Shown: positions 1 through 21,584 of the stretch, piece after piece
How positions within the stretch are numbered: position 1 is the first letter of the stretch
Layout of the letters: each line of letters opens with the position of its first letter
Assembly (NCBI GenBank): GCA_012295275.1
Contig: CM022677.1
Coordinates: 7,130,001 to 7,194,000 of the forward strand
Direction: 5' to 3'
Source: Chrysomallon squamiferum
Lineage: Eukaryota; Animalia; Mollusca
DNA length: 64,000 nt
Notes under the pieces: model-generated
What the model was told of the DNA's origin: nothing
The model's database searches: none
What the model saw: the letters and a program-made list of their open reading frames with translations, nothing else
Made by a program: the position numbers and the translations under genes

Positions 1-810
1 ACAAATTATATTATGGTTTTATGTATTAATGTAAAGCAGAAACAAACGTTTGTTTAAATTTGCTGTTCTCTAATTTCTTGAAAATTGTAATTTAAATTTA
101 TATTGTAAAGTTTCACACTTCTATGGTTTGTGATTGGCTTGATGCAAGACTAATCATTGTATTATGAAGCTTTTTTTACGTACTTATTTTATAAAGCATT
201 ATTTGCTGGTGTCTATGAGTATCTGTGTATACTTGTGTGTATCGGTGTGTGTGTATGTGTGTGTGTGTCTTTGTGTATGCGTATGAGTGTGTGTTTGCGG
301 TCTGATGTATGATTAGTAATCAGAAATTAACCACATTTCTTGACCAAACAAAATTTTAAGAAGAATAAAAGTATGTGCTATACTTTTTATCAGAGAACTA
401 ATTCAAACTGTTAATTTAAACTTAAACTTTTGCATCTGAACATTAACTATCCATTAAATAATAATAATCATCATCATCGTCATCATCATTATTGATATTA
501 TTATCAATATTATTATTACTACTGCTATTACTAATGCTGCATATTTTTATCATCATCATCATTATCGTCATTATTATTATTAATATTATTATTATTATTA
601 TATTTATTTTATTTAAACAAATAACATTTATTTCAACTTATCTGTTAATGCTTAGAGTAATAAAGCAACATTACTTCTTTCATCAAATGAAAGTTTTTAC
701 CTTTTTCATTCATGAACGCATTTTAATTTTGATAATTTAAATATTTTAATCTGTAAAAAGGTCTTGGTAAATTACGAATTTCCATTTTGATACTTTACAA
801 CGCAAATGTA

Positions 811-923
<113 letters not shown>

Positions 924-1334
924 AGTTTCACTGGTTTTATGTTTACATACACATTCAATTTCCCTCTCAAAACACACTATAACATTTTCGAATACAATAC
1001 ATTTGTTAAAATTTTACATATAAATATAATTATTTTTAGTGCTTGTTGTGAAATATTAAACGTATTTAAAACTGTTTCTGTTTCTGTGTGAATTTCTGTC
1101 TACAGATCTCAGTCTATCTGCTTCTTTCTGATACGAACAAGAGGCATGTTCTCTTTCTCACACAACAAACAAACAGTGACAGAGATAGTATATATATCAT
1201 ATTGATATATATTAACACACACACACAAACACACACACATACTAACACACATTACAGTGACAGAAATAGGACAACACACACACATTATTTTGTTATTATT
1301 ATTATTATAATTATTATTATTATTATTATTATTA

Positions 1335-2050
1335 GTCAATTTCATGGACTAGGTAGTCTAAGGGAAATAACTCTGTTGTCCTTTAATAATACAAATCGTA
1401 ATTAATAACAACAAAACAAATTTTAACAAATGAAAACACTATAAAAAAATAATAATGATGATATATTTTCATTTAATTTGTTTAGTTAAGTGCTATTAAG
1501 TAATTATGACAATGAAGCGAAGTAACAATTAGCGTAACCATTTCTCAATAGCAGAACAAATAACTGAAAGACAACAACGAAAAACCTGTAACATCTAAAT
1601 TGATAAAGAAAAATGTGTATTTAAACTGATTATTGTTTAAAATTTTACACCATTTAAAACTGTTAATGGAGAAAGAAGTAAAGAAATAAAGAAGAAATTA
1701 TATTACATTTTTTATGGTGTATGGGAGATAGTGTTTAATTATTCAGCGAAGCTAAATAAATATAAAATATAAAAACGAGAATTGTTCACATAACAGACGA
1801 TTATAGAAAAAGAAATAAAACGGTTTCAGAAAAAAACGAGTAATCGTGATGAATTAAAAATTAGATATAATTTAACTTCATTTCATATATTACATGTACA
1901 GATTTTTCGTTGCCCGAGTTATTCCCCTTAGACGATGAATGGTTTTCGCTTTAACTCAATTATAAACATTTAGTAATATTTTATTTTGAAGGTTATGCTA
2001 AATAATAAAAATATAATGATCTGTTAATAAATAAAATTGAATACCTATTT
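1335..2050 (+). repeat. Diverged ~0.7 kb direct duplication, copy 1 (copy 2 at ~3048-3710)
   Basis: Shared blocks gactaggtagtctaagggaaataactctgttg, atgacaatgaagcgaagtaacaattag and gagttattccccttaga occur in the same order at both sites. Confidence 0.9.
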
Positions 2051-2951
2051 TATAATATCTAATTTGTTTAAGCAACATTTACTTTTGTTAATTACAGTCA
2101 ATAATAACAGTCAATAATAATAATAACAATCGGTAATTAGTTGTTTTCATTAAGTTTGAAATAAATAAATTTAATAAAATCTTAGTTATTAGAGTTTGTA
2201 AATATCAAGAATCTATAGGGAATTATTTAGTCACTAAAATACAGTACATTATGTTCCCGGGAAATTCATATTCTACTCCTCTGTTTTCTGTGTCACTGAC
2301 AAAATGTCAAACCGACTTTTTAAAAAGTACGAACAGCCATAACCTGTTTATATCGCTATGTATCTCGCATTTTACATTTTACATTCAGACACTCTCTCAC
2401 TCGTGTTCACTCTTTCTCGCCTAATAAAATTAACAATTTTACCTAAAGAAAAGTAAAAAAAAGCCAGCAAAAGCAACAGCTACAACAACAATATTAAAAA
2501 TAACAAAAATAATAAAAATAATTATGTACTATTATAATAACAATAACAACCTTAACAGTAATGTCAAAAATATAAACAAACAAAATATATCGATGAACAA
2601 ACGCGCGCGCACACGCACTCACACACAAACAAACAAACAAAAATACACACAATTAAACTTTTAAACAGAAGTGATGTTAGATATCAAGCTCTAGAAATCA
2701 TTATATTTTCGAAATTTTGATAATTATCTATATGAAACGGCTGAAAAACAGTTTACATGTATTTGAAATCTGTATGAAACATACAAACTTAGAATAGTGA
2801 AACCCAAATCTCTATTCTCTAATACAAATAACATATATATTTTTGTGAAAAATTTAAATTCTTTATCTTATTTTTGCTCTGAATAAAGAAATATTAAATT
2901 TTAGTAAAGTAATATTAATACATATGAAACAATTTAAAATGAAAAATAGAG

Positions 2952-2996
<45 letters not shown>

Positions 2997-3047
2997 GTAA
3001 TAACAATAATAATAGCAATAACAATAACAATAATATTAATAATAATT

Positions 3048-3710
3048 ACTCAATTTCCTAGACTAGGTAGTCTAAGGGAAATAACTCTGTTGCCCATTAA
3101 TAATAACATTAACAGCAATAACACAATATAATAATGATATATTTTCGAATCTAGGTTTCTATTTCATTTAGTTAAGTGCTATTAAGTAATCATGACAATG
3201 AAGCGAAGTAACAATTAGTGTAACCATTTCTCAATAGCAGAACAAATAACTGAAAGACAACAACGAAAAACCTGTAACATCTAGATTGATAAAGAAAATG
3301 TGTATTTAAACTGACTATTGTTAAAAATTTAAACCCATTTAAAACTTTTAATGGATAAGTAAAGAAATTATGAAGAAATTATATTATATGCGTTTATGGT
3401 GTATTTGAGATACTGTTAATTTATTCAGCGAAGATTAAAACAAAAATAATAAAAATACAAGATTAGCAGCAGAAAAAGAAACAAAGATGAATAATCGTAC
3501 TGAATTAAATACTAAGTATAATTTAAATTAATTTCATATAAATTCTGTGACATGACACGTACATGTTTTTCGTTGCGCGAGTTATTCCCCTTAGATTATA
3601 AATGTGTTTCGCTTTAACTCAGTTACAAGCATTTACTATTTTATTCTGACTGTTTTGCTAAATAATAAACTAAAAGGATGAATTACTCAACAAAATTGAT
3701 TATTTATTTC
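3048..3710 (+). repeat. Diverged ~0.7 kb direct duplication, copy 2
   Basis: Collinear with 1335-2050; both copies start just after an ATT/AAT microsatellite. Confidence 0.9.
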
Positions 3711-4336
3711 AACAGTATTTATTTTATATGATTTTGGTTTATTTATATCAAATTGGATATACAGAGCGAAGTGATTGCACGTGAAGAAAGATATTAACGG
3801 ATTTGTGAGAATCTTACGATTTTTTTTCTAACAACACGAAATAACCTATATTAAAATATTAAATAAAAAAAGTAAAACAAACAAACATAAATAAATAAAT
3901 AAACTAAGTAAGTAAGAACAACAGAAACACAGTAATGATTATCTAATATAGAACTAAAGATAAATAAAATAAGAGAATAAAAAATTGAGTTTATTATAAT
4001 TTTTATTAGAAGACATTATACACTTAGTCTTCACTAAAATAATGGTTAAAATATCAACGTTAACGGGGTGTATACGGTTTATCTATTTACAAACAAAATT
4101 GAAAACGGTAGGCGATTCAAGCTGTATATAATGTTTCTTCTTGACTGAGTTATTTCCCTTAGCATTTTTTACATACCGTCAAACAATTTGAATATTAGTA
4201 ACAGAATGTTTTTCTTTTTAATTTCTTAATAGTAACAGCAGCAGGAGCAGTTAAAATAGTAGTAGTAGCAGCAGCAGCAGTATAGAGTAATTGCAGTTAT
4301 ATTAGATTTTAAATGTATATGATTAATAGAGTATTT

Positions 4337-4870
4337 GGTGCTACTTTGGCGTGTGATCTACATCATCAAGCGATCAACACCGAGAACATTCTACGCGTTT
4401 ATTTTAATTATTATTTTCTTTAGTCTTGGCTTTTTATTATATATTTATACTTCACAGAGAAAGATTGCAATGGTCGTTGCGCGAGCTGGGAGGATTTCAC
4501 CGTTTTTCCCTTTACTTCCAGCTGCCTTCATTTCTCCACCACAACGATGACGTGGTCTGGTATTTTCTTCATCGTCTACAAGTCAATGTCTTCGTAAAAA
4601 TTCAACTGCCTTCGTTTCATCGCTGATCATGATGTGAAACTCTTCAGCCAAAATGTTAAGAGTTCTTTAATAGAAGAGTAAATGAACAAGTGGCCTGGAA
4701 GTGATGTTCTTATACAAGTATCATTACCTTAAAGTATCATAATCTTTACCTGCCTGCTACAAACTGACATTTCCTGTTAAAGGAATACACTTATCGTTTC
4801 TCCTCGCCCTTTAACTCGTAGATCAAATGCAAACGTAGTTTCACGATGCGTAGATCACAGCAAAAGTATC
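4337..4870 (-). mobile_element. Internally deleted Merlin/IS1595-like DNA transposon, copy 1
   Basis: One end is GGTGCTACTTTGGCGTGTGATCTAC, with degenerate inverted copies at 4817-4838 and 4849-4870. The minus strand reads MISDETKAVEFLRRH*LVDDEEN..QR/HRCGGEMK, which resembles the Merlin transposase N-terminus (DE..A+.FL..HGL...C..CG..M). No DDE core is present. Confidence 0.7.
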
Positions 4871-5196
4871 AGTAGATGTAGTAAAATTGATAATGACAAT
4901 AAACAGGTTGTCCTTGCTTGTGTGCATGTGTGTATGTGTATGTAGACAGATAGATAGATTAGATAGATCCTGAGATCACTATAAACTGTTTCGATATTTG
5001 ATCACTAGATACGTTTCTATATTTTCAGTCAGTAAACAAAAACAATATTACTTTTTTAATACTTAATTTTAAAAGCCCTAGTGCTTGTACACATTTTTAG
5101 ACAGCACTGTAATAGTAGCTCCGCTCATATGCCTGAAGCTACAGAATCGGAGAAACACAGTGCCTGGGTGTCGTAAAATAACTTTTTGAATTCTGT

Positions 5197-5227
<31 letters not shown>

Positions 5228-5595
5228 TATTTATTTATTTACGTATTTAGTAGTAGTAGTAGTAGTAGTAATATTAGTATTATTATTATTTTAATATTAA
5301 TTTCACATAATTAACGTTTGACTTTATTATTGCATTTTAATATGATTAAGAAGAAGAAAAAAAAGTTTCGGACAACTTTGACTATTCACTTTCTTTACAC
5401 ATGTACCTTGATTTTTCAGTCTTCAGTATTTTAAATATTTAGTGGCGTTGTGACGTGTGTCTGTGCATGTGTGTGTGTGAGTGTGTGCCTGTGTTTGTGT
5501 GCTAAAAGCATTTGATCTTTAATCATAACCTTCTGCTATGAACAAACTCGGTTACAACCTGGATCCCACTCCAGAAAGGGACAATTTGTATCATG

Positions 5596-7389
<1,794 letters not shown>

Positions 7390-7823
7390 GCATCCATTTA
7401 TTTAATTAAAAAATAAATATGTAAAATGTAACAAAATATATCTATAGCAACAATAAAGAAGGAAAGAAAAGCATCTTACCAATTTTCTTGTTTTTCAGCT
7501 GCCACCCGGTTCAGAGGAATCAAAACACAACAAAAAGTAACTCTAATTTTCTTTCTTCTTCTTTTCAAGTTCTTCCTTTCCGAAAAAAACTAAAAAATCT
7601 ATTGCAGAATGCGTTTTTTTTTTTTTTTTTATAAAGAGTCGTCACTCCAGGAAAAATAATAATAATAAACCTTAAAATGTACGTGAAAAAAGCTACTGCT
7701 ATGACTTATACTAATACTAATACTAATAACTGTAGAATGAAAATGTAACTGACTGAATAAGATTACTTAAGATTACTTCCTTCACTTGGTCGCTTTGCCG
7801 CAACTGCGCATTAACACTCGTAT

Positions 7824-7962
7824 CACGTGTTTTATCAAACCAATCACAACAAGTACAAATCTAAGACAGCTGCGTTAAGATTACTTCTTCCACTTTGACG
7901 TTGTCTAGCGTTTCACCATAACTACGCATAAACAATCGAATCACGTGTCTTATCAAACCAAT
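7824..7962. promoter_or_regulatory. Two CACGTG-N10-CCAAT modules, paralogous to the TNFR-like promoter at ~58990
   Basis: CACGTG 7824-7829 with CCAAT 7840-7844, and CACGTG 7942-7947 with CCAAT 7958-7962; flanks (aagtacaaa.ctaagacagctgc) are shared with 59020-59041. Confidence 0.55.
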
Positions 7963-8019
7963 CACAGTAAGCTGTTTTATATACCTCATGTCCGTTTCAA
8001 CGTATTCATTAAATAACTG

Positions 8020-8360
8020 AATCATGACTTTATCTTGTTCGGAAAATTTAACACAAGTTTCAGCATGTTTCCGGTGATATTTACAATGCAGGAAAAAGAG
8101 AACATGGTGATCTAGCAAAAACCCAGCATTTCAGAACAAACCTGCGAGTGAAAAAATTCCAGTCTTCTTCTTTCAGTGCGTGTGCGTGTGTTTTGGTGTT
8201 TGATTATTAATCAGAAATTAACCACATTTCTTGATCACCCTAAAATAGAACAAGACTAAAATGATGTGTTGTTTGTTTATACAGACATGGCCAATATTCA
8301 AACAGTTAATTTAAACTAAATAATTTCACGTCTGCATCTTGTCATTTAATTAACTGTCCA
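8020..8360 (+). repeat. Dispersed ~300 bp segment, also at ~59085-59300 (+), ~51000-51330 (-) and partly at ~305-460
   Basis: Shared aaaaacccagcatttcagaacaaacctgc and aatcagaaattaaccacatttcttga. Confidence 0.85.
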
Positions 8361-8375
8361 TTTAATAATAATAAT

Positions 8376-8408
<33 letters not shown>

Positions 8409-8927
8409 AATAATAATAATAAATAAATAAATAAATCAATAAATAAATATCATACAAAATGTATTTATATTTTTAGACAGCACTGTAATAGTAGCTCCGC
8501 TCATATGCCTGAAGCTACAGAATCGGAGAAACTCAGTGCCTGGCTGTCGTAAAATAACTCCACTTCCATTTTTTAAACATTTTAAGTCATAAAACTTTGA
8601 GAACAAAAACTTTACATAGAGTGTCAGGAATAATCAATCAGTACTTACCAATGTTTTCAACATTTGTCAGCTGTTTGAATTTTATTTATTTATTTGTTTA
8701 TTTATTTATCAATCACAAGCAGAAAGTAAAATCAGCATATTTCTTAAACAATTAATTACTATCTTTAAGAGGCGAATATAAATAAAATTAATTACTGTTA
8801 CGCTCTTGTAATATAACGTGATCATATTACTGGATATCATATTATTAAGTTAATTTTATCTTTATATCAAACGAGAGGAACACACTAGAGAATAAACAAC
8901 AAAAAATGCTCTCATTATAACATTACG

Positions 8928-9164
<237 letters not shown>

Positions 9165-9885
9165 TTCTCTTTGGTAATTTGTGTGTCTCAGAGTTGATTA
9201 GAAAAGTAGCCAACAAAGTTTTCTAAAATTAGATCTATTACTTTATTGTAAAACAGGTAGCGACAACAATGATCCACATAAATCAGTTCAGTGAATAAGC
9301 ACAATAATACAACAGTCAAGTGTTTGAATAGATTTCATGTTAAAACAAATTTCCAAATAAGGTCATTTTAACCGCCAACATTAAACGAACGCATAACAGT
9401 CTTTACATGATTTAGCAAAAGATATTTTGAAGTCCTATTTTTTATTATAGGTTAAACAGAGCGGAAATCTCCAAAAGAATTCTATTGTGTGTGTGTGTAT
9501 GTGTATATATATATATATATATATATACACAATAACAATGCAATAATGTCAAGTTATAAAATATAAAATAACAAATTTGTCTTAATCATATTCCAGTTGT
9601 TATTATTGTTATTTGTTGTAGTTGTTGTTGTTACTGGTTTATTACATTCTGGAATCAGGTGTAAATATGCCCTTAATCTCCTAAACTGAATTCTCGCTAG
9701 GATTTGAATATGCATTTCATGTCCAAATTCTTTTTAACAAAAATATCTTAACAGAATAATCGGCAGTTGATAAATTAAATTGTGTAGTTACAGGGACATT
9801 TCGTGCAAAATAAAGGAGAAAAAATACTTAGAAAAAGTATTTGTTGATGGAACATAGAAATTACATAATAATAACAATTTGTTTA

Positions 9886-10271
<386 letters not shown>

Positions 10272-11404
10272 GTAACTTGAATGACTGTGATTAAATAGAT
10301 AAAACACATTGTATTATCAGTGTTAGGTACCGTGACACATTTTAAACGTTGATAACAGAGGCTAAGAAATTGCGAAAGAAGATATATGTGAATAACTATG
10401 TGTAATAGCGCGTGCTGGTTTTGGCACAAACCCAGTGATTTATTTAAACTGATGTGTATCGAATTAAACTGACTATGATACTAATAATAAAAGCAAATAG
10501 AACAACAATAAATAAATAAAGAAATATATTTTCAGTAAAGAAATAAGAGCGAAAGCAAGAAATAATATATACATAGTGATAAATTTAGACATACGTAGAT
10601 ACTAATAATTATATATATTAAAACTAATTTACATTAACGTGAATGTGGGCTTCCTTATGTCGGCATATATAGTTGCGAAAACATTCAGTGAATGTAAAAC
10701 AAAAAATCACTGAAAAATAATAAATATATTAAGACTATTAACGTTCTGTACTTAGACGTGTGTACATATATAGACACATATACACATGCACATGCAGAGC
10801 AATTTTGTTCGTCTTTATCTATGTATGTAAGTACCCATTTCATTTGTTGAGGGAACGTAGTAATAACATATTTTTCATCATAATAATCGACCCATCGATC
10901 TCTGTCTCTCAAACACACATAAAACACATACATAAACAAACACACATGTGTGTACAAAACTTCCATGTAACATATGGCCAACACAATGCACATCCACCAC
11001 AATATGTATGCAACCAAACAAAATGCAAAACAGCCTACACCCAACACAACCCATAGCCAGAACAAACCAGAGCAAACAGCCTAAGACATACCGAAGAAAA
11101 CCTAGCCAATCCCAACCACTTTATTATTATTTTAGTAAGGCTCGGTGAATTGTGTCTGAGTTTGAATGAGAAAACTGCTGTGTCACCTAATCGTGCTAGC
11201 GAACACCTCAGACTCTGACACAGCGAAACAAACATTGATTAAAACGTGACTTTTGTACTTTTTGTTTTCTTAATCATTAGTTAAAAACTGTACCAAACTG
11301 GAGGCCCGTCCAGGATAGAATTGTAAAAAAGTTTTAAATTATTATAATATTTCAGAGACTTTGAATGACACACTGACAGATATTTGGTTGTTATTTATTA
11401 ATTA

Positions 11405-11459
<55 letters not shown>

Positions 11460-11647
11460 GCGGAATAAATTATCACTTCCGAAGAGGGCTTTTATTTCGC
11501 AGAATGATCTGGTGAGAAGGTTCGGTAACTATTTTATATAATACAGATTTACTGTTCTGATGTCATTATTCTTTACTGCTATACTGAATGTTCAGGACTA
11601 GCGCCAAAACAGTTTTAAATGTGTCTTTGTTGTGTTCATATATATAC

Positions 11648-11679
<32 letters not shown>

Positions 11680-11793
11680 CTGAACCTCAGTAGCAATATA
11701 GACAGTAATTTTTGTACATGTTTAATTTATTCAATATAAAATATATTCATTATAAAATATATATTCCTAAATGTAATGAATTGAACAATTGAT

Positions 11794-11841
<48 letters not shown>

Positions 11842-12618
11842 TTTGTAACTAAATAAAGTTATATAATAGATAGATGTTCAAAGAAAAATATTAATATTAT
11901 TGTTTTGGTTATATTTATTATTATTACTGTATATTTAGTTATATTTAGTATTATTTATATATCGTACCAAAACACTTATCTTTTTCCGCGAAGTGTATTC
12001 TCTTACACTGTCATTCTACAAATCAGTTGCTGTGTCTAGTATTACTAAACTAATTAAGCAGTAAAATTATGCTAAGTTAATAATTATGTTCAGTCCTGTT
12101 CAGTCCTGACACGCCTATTAATCTTCCAAAAAACAGATGCACCTGTGTTCGATAATAAAACATAATTTTGTCTTTATCTCCATTCGTCGTGTTTATTTAT
12201 AAATACTCGATATTCGCCATTTTCTATTCAAGTTTAAAACTTTACCTCAGCGTCATGTTATATGTATTAAAGAAAAGTAAAATTATATGAATAATGAATA
12301 ATAAATCAATAAATCAATAAATAGAAATTTAGAAGAAACACAGCGCCTTCGTTTCAAAAACAGAAGCTAATTTGCTACCGAGTATGTATTTATTTTTACA
12401 TCACACATACACACATACACACACACACACACTCACTCACGCACTCACTCACTCACCACACATATACAGTACATCCGTCTATCGATGGGGGCGTACGGGT
12501 GTATGATGTGTACAAGTTTGTGTGTGTGTGTGTGTGCGGACAGACATACATTGTTTCTCGAGCTCGATTTATTGTTCACCTTATTCTGAATGAATTATTA
12601 TTATTATTATTATTATTA

Positions 12619-12667
<49 letters not shown>

Positions 12668-13084
12668 GTGTTAAACATTGTTTAAACTGATATCTCAAAA
12701 TGTTCTTTCACAGACATATAGGATGCTCTTTGACCCCCATCTGTCATGCATAGGTACAAAAAACAATAGTTACTAACTGATATCTCAAAAACGTGACTAG
12801 ATGTGAAAATGGATACCTCGTGGGAGATCTATAATTATGTGTTTTAAATGCGGTGTTAGCGATTTGTATCGACCTTTCTTTAGTTTGCTCATTCAAGTTA
12901 GTTGGACTGATTCACAATAGTCACAGAGGAGAGACACAGGGCCGGCACTAAAGATTCAGTGTTGAAAAACACGATATTATTGTTGTTGTCGTTGTTGTTG
13001 TTTATTAATTTAATTTATATATTCTTTTATATTTTTTTTCTTCATATTTTCGTTTTGGTTTCAATTTTCTAACACTTAGTAACC

Positions 13085-13975
13085 TTATTAACACGGTCGT
13101 ACTGTTAATTAATTTTATTGTTGTTTGCTTTATCATAAGAATATAAAGCTTTCGCGATTTTTATTCTCTCTCACTCTCTCGAAAGAAAAAAAAACGTTTT
13201 GTGAAAAATTGAAGGTTTGCACCCCTTCTTCATTTTCAGTTGGTATCTTCCTGATCCTAGCGTCGCCTGTCAAAATTTCTGTACCTAATTTTATGGGTAC
13301 AGTAGCATGGACCAACAGGAACGATAACTCGTAGTGGCTCAAATTACGTCACCGGAAAAAATGCCTCCAGTATTTAATGCGTGCAAACTACACCTGAAAA
13401 TTCTTTTCTCTTCGGTTCTGACACTGGGAATGTTGCCAATTAGAAAAGTTATAACGAATTATAATTTTAGTTTATTATGTACGCATTTGCGCTAAAATAA
13501 TCCAGTTTGAAAAGTTTGATTAAGTTGAAAAGGTAGTTACGAAAGGCGCATTACATCATGGTTTTGTAATATGAACAACCATCCTTATCTTTGTCAGTGT
13601 AAATCATAGCAAGTTGAGAAAACAGACGTAAAATAATTGAATTTGGAAGGTTAAAAACGTCCGTGAGCCCACAGAAACTTCCGATCGAAATCTGTCGAAA
13701 ATCGTCGAACGCCGATTAGTGTTTACCAACTTTTAAACACGTATTCCTTCATAATGCAACCAATTCTACATGGAGTAATAAAAGAAAGTTGGGGTAATAT
13801 GCCATTTAATGAATGCTTCACATATATATATATATATATATATGTCTATTATTGAGTAGAAATTTCAGTAAAGCTCGAATATTTTTATTTATTTCTTTTT
13901 TTTGATAACTTTGATCTCATACCATCTCGTACCCGTTTCGTACTAATTTGTGTTTCCAGGGATTATTACGAGGTC
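13085..13975. mobile_element. Non-autonomous interspersed repeat, possibly Helentron/HINE-like or TIR-type; copies at ~18875-19760 and ~39530-39965
   Basis: 13520-13960 aligns with 39547-39940. The motif tagcatggaccaacaggaacgataa (13303-13327) recurs inverted at 39941-39964. No coding capacity; the family assignment is an inference. Confidence 0.55.
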
Positions 13976-14743
13976 GCCAGCCAAAAAAATAAAAAAATAA
14001 AAAAAATAATAAAAAAATAAATTCAATAATTTTCACAGACACAGGCGCGTGAGTCTGAAGATGACTATTCACATGAAGTACCATAATGTGGACACTTTCC
14101 TCTGCTAAAACTCCATACCGGACAGTTCTGAGTTATAATTCTATTTTTCTTAAAAAATTAGATGTATTAGATGTGGTATTTACATGTAAAAAGCAAATTG
14201 ATCACATGTTATTTGAATGATTGGTGACGTAAATAAAATATTTTGTCCTTCTTGTTCAGTAGAAATACCATTTGTTTAATGGGAAAATTTTGAAACGTAA
14301 ATTCATAATTATTACATCTAAGACGTGTATTTACACGAACCTGACATTTCTTTTTTTACACGTTCGAGTTAGACTAATCAAAGATCTACTTGGAAAAAAA
14401 GATATGTGGGGCGCGTTGCTGCACTTACGATATGACAAATTTTTAGATTTTACTTTTTTATTATTAGTTAATTAATTAATTAATTTATTTTCAAAAATTT
14501 GCTTCTTATGTTTGTTTCAATAGACATTTTTTTCTTATTATTATTTTCAGTTTCATCTCACAATCTACAGTAGAAAAGTCGTCTTGCACCTGAAATAAAA
14601 ATGATGACGTCACAAAGCTAATAGTTCATTTATTTCTAAATAAATAAATATACAATAAATAATCAAATAAATAATAATTAAAGTACTGCATTCGGAGGTT
14701 ATTTTTTATATTTAATAATTTTGTTGTTGTTGTTCTTCTTCTT

Positions 14744-14774
<31 letters not shown>

Positions 14775-14798
14775 TTATTATTATTATTATTATTATTA

Positions 14799-20637
<5,839 letters not shown>

Positions 20638-20647
20638 TTTCAGAGAT

Positions 20648-21532
20648 ATGGCTTCAAGTTCCTAAAACCAAATGTCTTGTTCTCTTTGTTCGGATGTTTC
20701 CAAGGATCCACGTTGTCTTTTGTGTGGTCACTCGTTTTGTACAAAATGCCTGCAGGTTTATTTAAACAAAAATTATCAAAACAGCGACAAACAAATCTCG
20801 TACCCGATCTGCAGTGAAGACAGCGCAGACCAATTTCTTATAAACATTGCATTAGAGGAGGCAATTAGCAAACTGGAACGTTGTAAGACTGGTGAGTCAG
20901 CAGTGTTCTGTTTACATATAGTTATTATTAAACTAATAATATTTATGTCGTGTATTACTATTGTATCATTGTAGAAGAGAAATACAGAAAATTAACTGAT
21001 ATAATGAATTTTCAAATTGTACGCAGATCTTTACCAATAGCAGTAATACTAGTACTTTTTTTTTTTTTTTCCACTATGCAGAGGTCTCGCGGGCCCCTAT
21101 CACTTACGGCTTACGACGAGTTCGCCCGCCATTTGTCAGCAACGACAGCAATATCCGCCACCCGTTTATTTAGACTGGCTGTCATGTCATTGTTTTGCAC
21201 TTTTGGGTTCACAGCAGTTCACGTGTCTTGTCTCTAAACAAAATAGATGTAATCTGAAGCGACGACTCAAATGGTCGCAATCCGATTTCTCTGAATTTCA
21301 ATGATCGCTACAAATTGTAACTGACTGTATTGATGCAATTATTTATAGGAGTATTTTTGATTGTTCAAAGTACTTATAACCTGAACATTGTTCTGTACCA
21401 TCCGTTTAACTTGCACCAGTTACGCCGATTCCCGCCATCCCTTTCACAAATGCTGGCGAAACCACTATGAGTATTATTAGTAATAGTTGTAGTAATAGCG
21501 GTACTAGTTGTAGTAGTGGTAGAAGTAGTAGC

Positions 21533-21584
<52 letters not shown>

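Noticed and set aside
7861-8118. 85-aa minus-strand ORF
   Set aside because: It overlaps a promoter-like dispersed repeat whose other copies do not keep the frame, and has no recognisable domain.
10685-11235. Overlapping ORFs on both strands (also 16566-17029)
   Set aside because: CA/TG-rich low-complexity sequence; they recur only because of the tandem duplication.
20672-20974. RING ORF as a functional gene
   Set aside because: Upstream in-frame stop after the likely ATG, loss of a zinc-ligand Cys, and several stops in the downstream domain.
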